NCBI GenBank assembly: GCA_039091255.1
Contig: JAWCMQ010000002.1
Span: 142,126-179,405, forward strand
Reading direction: 5' to 3'
From: Candidatus Aenigmatarchaeota archaeon
Lineage (GTDB): Archaea > Aenigmatarchaeota > Aenigmatarchaeia > GW2011-AR5 > JACRAC01
DNA length: 37,280 bases
The notes below the pieces were generated by a model. The model was not told the DNA's origin. It saw only the letters and a program-made list of their open reading frames with translations, and made no database searches. Shown here piece by piece: positions 33,468-37,280 of this stretch. The translations under genes and the position numbers were made by a program. Numbering within the stretch: position 1 is the first letter of the stretch; each line of letters begins with the position of its first letter.

Positions 33468-35744
33468 TTACCTAATGTACTCGACATCCTCCTCAGGTGT
33501 CTGCTCCCTCTTTCGCTTGAGCACCGACTCATAAAACTTGTTCATCGCCTCGCTGACAGATGGCTTAACCGTCTGGAGCGCCTTTTCGAATTCTTTCTCG
33601 CTTATCTTGTTCGCTTCGATGTCTTTGCGCAAAGCGACGATTGCCGACTCGCGGCAAACTGCTTCGATGTCTGCTCCGCTATACCCCTCAGTTTTGTCCG
33701 CCAACTCCTCGAGGCTCACGCCATCGAGTGGCATGCCTTTGGTATGAATCTTCAATATCTCAAGTCGTGCATCGCGATCCGGCGTAGGTACAAGGATATG
33801 CCTATCAAACCGGCCGGGTCTAAGCAGCGCGGGGTCCAGAATATCAGGCCTATTTGTCGCTGCAATTACGATTACATCGCGCATCTCCTCAAGGCCCGAC
33901 ATCTCTGCCAGCATCTGGCTCACGACACGCTCCGTGACATGGCTATCTATCGCAGCCCCACGTCTCGGAGTAAGCGCGTCTATCTCATCAAAAAAGATGA
34001 TGGCTGGCGCTACCTGCTTTGCCCTGCGGAAAACATCGCGCACATGCTTTTCGGATTCGCCAACCCACATGCTGAGCAACTCACTTGCCTTGATGTAGAT
34101 AAAGTTCGCTCCGCTCTCGCCGGCAACGGCTTTTGCGAGTAGCGTCTTGCCACATCCTGGCGGTCCGTAGAGCAGCACACCCTTTGGCGGCCTTATGCCC
34201 ATCCGCTTGAACGCCTCAGGCGCCTTTAGTGGCCATTCGACAGCCTCTATTAGTGCCTGCTTAACATCACTCAGTCCGCCTATGTCAGACCACTTTACCT
34301 TAGGCACTTCTATCATGACTTCGCGCATCCCAGACGGCTGTACCATTTTCAGCGCATGCTCAAAGTCTTCGCCTGTCACCACTAGCTTCTTCAGTATATC
34401 TGGCGGGAGTGGTTTGTCTTCTTCTATTGCGCTGAGGTCAGGCAATATGCGTCTTAGCGCATGCATCGCAGCCTCTTTGCACAATGCTGTTATGTCCGCG
34501 CCAACGTAGCCATACGTTATCTCTGCTATCTTGTCCAAGTCGACGCCTTTGTCCAACGGCATCCCGCGCGTGTGTATCTGCAAAATCTCTTTGCGGCCTG
34601 CCTTGTCTGGCACGCCAATTTCGATTTCCCTGTCAAGGCGCCCCGGCCTTCGTAGCGCAGGGTCTATGGCATTCGGTATGTTCGTCGCGCCGATTACGAT
34701 GACTTTGCCGCGGCTCTTCAGCCCGTCAAGCAGCGTGAGCAATTGGGAAACGACGCGCTTCTCGACCTCTCCCTTGACTTCTTCGCGCTTTGGCGCAATA
34801 GAATCTATCTCGTCTATGAAGATAATCGATGGCGCTGATTTCTGAGCCTGGTCAAAAATATTTCTTAGGTTCTCTTCGGATTGTCCGTACCACTTCGACA
34901 TTATTTCCGGCCCGTTCAGCACAAAGAACCGCGCACCCGACTCGTTTGCAACGGCTTTTGCGAGCAGCGTCTTGCCACATCCTGGCGGTCCATGAAGCAG
35001 CACGCCTTTAGGTGGCTCTATGCCCAGCCGCTCGAAGAGCTCTGGATGCTTTAGCGGAAGCTCTATCATCTCGCGCACGAGCTTTATCTCTTCGTGCAGG
35101 CCGCCAAGATCTTCATATGTCACGTCTGGAACTTTTTCCTCCATGACCTCCGTTGCTTGGGGCAAAAGCTCTACTTCAGTTGCGCGTGTTATACGCACCG
35201 GCCCTTTCGGGTCTGTTGCGACTATCACAAACCGCTCCTCACTAAAGCCAAGCGGCGTGAACATGTTTTCTATGTCCATGCCGAAGAACGCCTCGAAGAA
35301 GTTCGTCTCTTGCCTCGTGCGCACAACCGGGTTTGGAACGATGACGTCTCCAACCATGACAGGCCGCATCAAGAGATTCCTCTTCATGAGTTCGCCGGAC
35401 ATGTGAATCATTATGCCTTTTCGAGCCGGCGCTATCGTCACCGAACGTGCTTCTTTCGCGTCTGCGCGTTTGACGTTTACGACCTCGGATATCGACGCCC
35501 CGCAGTTGCGCCTCATGAGGCCATCCATGCGTATGATGTCAGAACCTACATCGGCTGGGTAAGCACGAACGGCTATGCCGACCGTCCTCCGCTTGCCTTC
35601 AATCTCGATGACGTCGCCTTCGCTGACGCCCAGTCGCTTCATATCGCGCGCCGAGATGCGCGCAATGCCGCGCCCAGAGTCGCCGCGCTCGGTCAGCTCC
35701 CCGACCTTAAGCCTGACTTGCGATATAGCTTCCATGATGTTCAC
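33468..35744 (-). CDS. cdc48: Cdc48/VCP-type AAA+ ATPase (N domain + two AAA modules)
   Basis: Two [15 protein letters not shown] Walker A motifs, IIF(I/F)DEID Walker B motifs and a typical N-domain (GD.I.I.G.R.T). Confidence 0.93.
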   Translation of the reverse strand: MNIMEAISQVRLKVGELTERGDSGRGIARISARDMKRLGVSEGDVIEIEGKRRTVGIAVRAYPADVGSDIIRMDGLMRRNCGASISEVVNVKRADAKEARSVTIAPARKGIMIHMSGELMKRNLLMRPVMVGDVIVPNPVVRTRQETNFFEAFFGMDIENMFTPLGFSEERFVIVATDPKGPVRITRATEVELLPQATEVMEEKVPDVTYEDLGGLHEEIKLVREMIELPLKHPELFERLGIEPPKGVLLHGPPGCGKTLLAKAVANESGARFFVLNGPEIMSKWYGQSEENLRNIFDQAQKSAPSIIFIDEIDSIAPKREEVKGEVEKRVVSQLLTLLDGLKSRGKVIVIGATNIPNAIDPALRRPGRLDREIEIGVPDKAGRKEILQIHTRGMPLDKGVDLDKIAEITYGYVGADITALCKEAAMHALRRILPDLSAIEEDKPLPPDILKKLVVTGEDFEHALKMVQPSGMREVMIEVPKVKWSDIGGLSDVKQALIEAVEWPLKAPEAFKRMGIRPPKGVLLYGPPGCGKTLLAKAVAGESGANFIYIKASELLSMWVGESEKHVRDVFRRAKQVAPAIIFFDEIDALTPRRGAAIDSHVTERVVSQMLAEMSGLEEMRDVIVIAATNRPDILDPALLRPGRFDRHILVPTPDRDARLEILKIHTKGMPLDGVSLEELADKTEGYSGADIEAVCRESAIVALRKDIEANKISEKEFEKALQTVKPSVSEAMNKFYESVLKRKREQTPEEDVEYIR

Positions 35745-36109
35745 CTTCGGTTGTTTGCGCAGTCCGCACAGACATAGCGGTAAATCTCTTCGATTGGGAC
35801 TGGTTTTTGGAGAAACGGAACGCCCAGCGTGTCTGCATGTCTCCGGTTCTCCTCTTTTCCCGACATGATGATGTACGCAGACCCTGACCAGCGCGCCCTA
35901 TGCGCTTCAATGAGCTCTGCGCCGGTCATGCCACCCATATCGTAGTCTGTCAACACGAGTCTATACTGCTCCTTTTCGCACGCCGCAATGAACGCAGCGC
36001 CGTTCCTGAAAACGCCGATTGCGCAACCGCATCCTTTTTCGCGCAAGACGTCCCCTATGCACTCAGCGACATCTTTATCGTCATCAATAATCGCTACCTT
36101 TCGAGCCAT
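35741..36109 (-). CDS. stand-alone response-regulator receiver domain (CheY-like)
   Basis: IIDDD acidic pocket, [13 protein letters not shown] phospho-acceptor Asp, FLQKP Lys. The stop overlaps the cdc48 ATG (ATGA). Confidence 0.8.
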   Translation of the reverse strand: MARKVAIIDDDKDVAECIGDVLREKGCGCAIGVFRNGAAFIAACEKEQYRLVLTDYDMGGMTGAELIEAHRARWSGSAYIIMSGKEENRRHADTLGVPFLQKPVPIEEIYRYVCADCANNRR

Positions 36110-36112
36110 GTA

Positions 36113-36547
36113 TCATTCGCCCTCAATTTTGATGTTTCGCCACCGTGGCCTAGCAGCGTGCCCAACAGGCTCCGAGCAATTCTCAACGTCGTTTGGCCTC
36201 AGCAACTCACGAAGCAGGCGCCGGTTCTCGAGCATGACTTCCATCATATCGAAGTCGACCTTCTCCTCCCATTGCTTGAAGTATTCAAGCACGCGCCTCA
36301 TCCTATCGGCCGCTATCAGGAACACAGAGTCGCTTATCTTTATGTGTGGAACATCATCGAGCAAACCAGGTCTGCGATAGCGGTAACGCTTGTTCGCTCC
36401 CGGCACGACCTGCTCCCAACCGTAAAGGCCGCGGAAAAACTTGTTCCGCTCGCTGGCGCTTTCAAAGCGCTCGGTGCGCGTGTCAAAGCTTACTATGACC
36501 GCGCGACCGTCGGTGCCGCGCCGTATCTCTATGCGCATGGGAACCAT
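36113..36547 (-). CDS. hypothetical protein (144 aa), first gene of the RR-Cdc48 operon
   Basis: The ORF ends 3 nt before the response-regulator start. No motif recognised with confidence. Confidence 0.5.
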   Translation of the reverse strand: MVPMRIEIRRGTDGRAVIVSFDTRTERFESASERNKFFRGLYGWEQVVPGANKRYRYRRPGLLDDVPHIKISDSVFLIAADRMRRVLEYFKQWEEKVDFDMMEVMLENRRLLRELLRPNDVENCSEPVGHAARPRWRNIKIEGE

Positions 36548-36693
36548 CCTATTAGAGTTTTAGTAATACTAAATTTAGGATATGATAAACGCTAAATTAT
36601 TTAAGCATATCGTAACCACGTGTGCCACGCCCGCGATGCGAGTCGCTAACCCACAGAGCACGACCTTAAAAGTATTGTATCAAGACGTTATGT

Positions 36694-37280
36694 ATGGAGC
36701 TTTCTCGTTTGCCAACAAACTCGCCACTCGATAAGATACTTGGCGGAGGCCTCGAATGTGGTGCCGTGACCAATATTTTCGGCCCGCCTGGCAGTGGAAA
36801 GACCAACATAGCGATGACCACGCTTTTGGGGTGCCAGAACAAGGTAATTTATGTCGACACCGAAGGTTCGTTCTCTTTAGAGCGGTTCGAGCAGCTCGGT
36901 GGAGACGAGCGAGCGCTAAAACGCATCTTACTGATTGAGCCGCATACATGGGCCGAGCAAAATCAAGCGATATCGAAACTCGGAGCAGAGCTGAAGAAGG
37001 AAAAGATTGATCTGATAGTTGTCGACTCACTTGTTGCGCTCTACAGGCTTGAAATATCCGACACGAACTTCAAGGAAGTCAATCGCCAACTTGCGGCGCA
37101 GTACTCGACGCTATCCAAGCTTGCTAGGGCGTACAACATACCTGTTCTTGTAACAAACCAGGTGTACAGCAAAGCGCCAGGCATGCGCGGCGGCAGCGCG
37201 GCGCGCTCAAATTGTGACGAAAGCCATGCAGAAACCGATGAGGTGGAGCTGACGTCTCGAATGATTGCACGTTACTGGTC
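36694..37280 (+). CDS. radB: DNA repair and recombination protein RadB (3'-partial at window end)
   Basis: My translation MELSRLPTNSPLDKILGGGLECGAVTNIFGPPGSGKTNIAM...IYVDTEG.F..ER...LIVVDSL...Y. It is absent from the ORF track because there is no stop in the window. Confidence 0.85.
   Translation, partial: MELSRLPTNSPLDKILGGGLECGAVTNIFGPPGSGKTNIAMTTLLGCQNKVIYVDTEGSFSLERFEQLGGDERALKRILLIEPHTWAEQNQAISKLGAELKKEKIDLIVVDSLVALYRLEISDTNFKEVNRQLAAQYSTLSKLARAYNIPVLVTNQVYSKAPGMRGGSAARSNCDESHAETDEVELTSRMIARYW

Noticed and set aside
33273-35777. Plus-strand ORFs of 104-289 aa antisense to cdc48. Similar antisense ORFs occur inside lhr, polX, metK, acdA and the permease.
   Set aside because: They are antisense shadows of strongly supported genes, with no recognisable motifs.

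Overview
This window is an archaeal chromosome fragment. Evidence: a 16S-tRNA(Ala)-23S operon, RadB, Cdc48, type-2 methionine aminopeptidase, PolX and TATA-type promoters. The lineage cannot be fixed by eye; several degenerate enzymes hint at a reduced, DPANN-like genome. Left part (1-7100): an ArsR-linked thiol/redox island (three CxxC thioredoxin-fold proteins, a ferredoxin, a permease), a DUF134/DUF5320 pair, an Ogg-type glycosylase and small unknown genes. It also holds a ~500-nt helix-closed RNA locus at 4855-5356. Centre (7200-14300, minus strand): the rRNA operon, which is very long. The 16S is ~2.15 kb and the 23S ~3.65 kb, because both carry many insertions. Right part: acylphosphatase, a proteasome-beta-like Ntn hydrolase, a NYN protein, a GT2 glycosyltransferase, tRNA-Leu and a tRNA Ser-Val-Glu operon. 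Then come split ADP-forming acetyl-CoA synthetase genes flanking a divergent 2-oxoacid:ferredoxin oxidoreductase operon, bacterial-type MetK, a PdeM-Lhr-PolX repair cluster, MetAP, a catalytically dead GATase, an unknown-response regulator-Cdc48-unknown operon, and partial radB. Main finding: one conserved ~35-nt structured module with clear base-pair covariation occurs 17 times. It interrupts 16S (6 copies), 23S (2) and all five tRNA genes (7 of their 9 inferred introns, two of them divergent). It also fills a tRNA-tRNA spacer and occurs once in the 4855-5356 RNA locus. It was not seen in any protein-coding gene. All RNA boundaries were derived by eye against remembered consensus sequences and are approximate.
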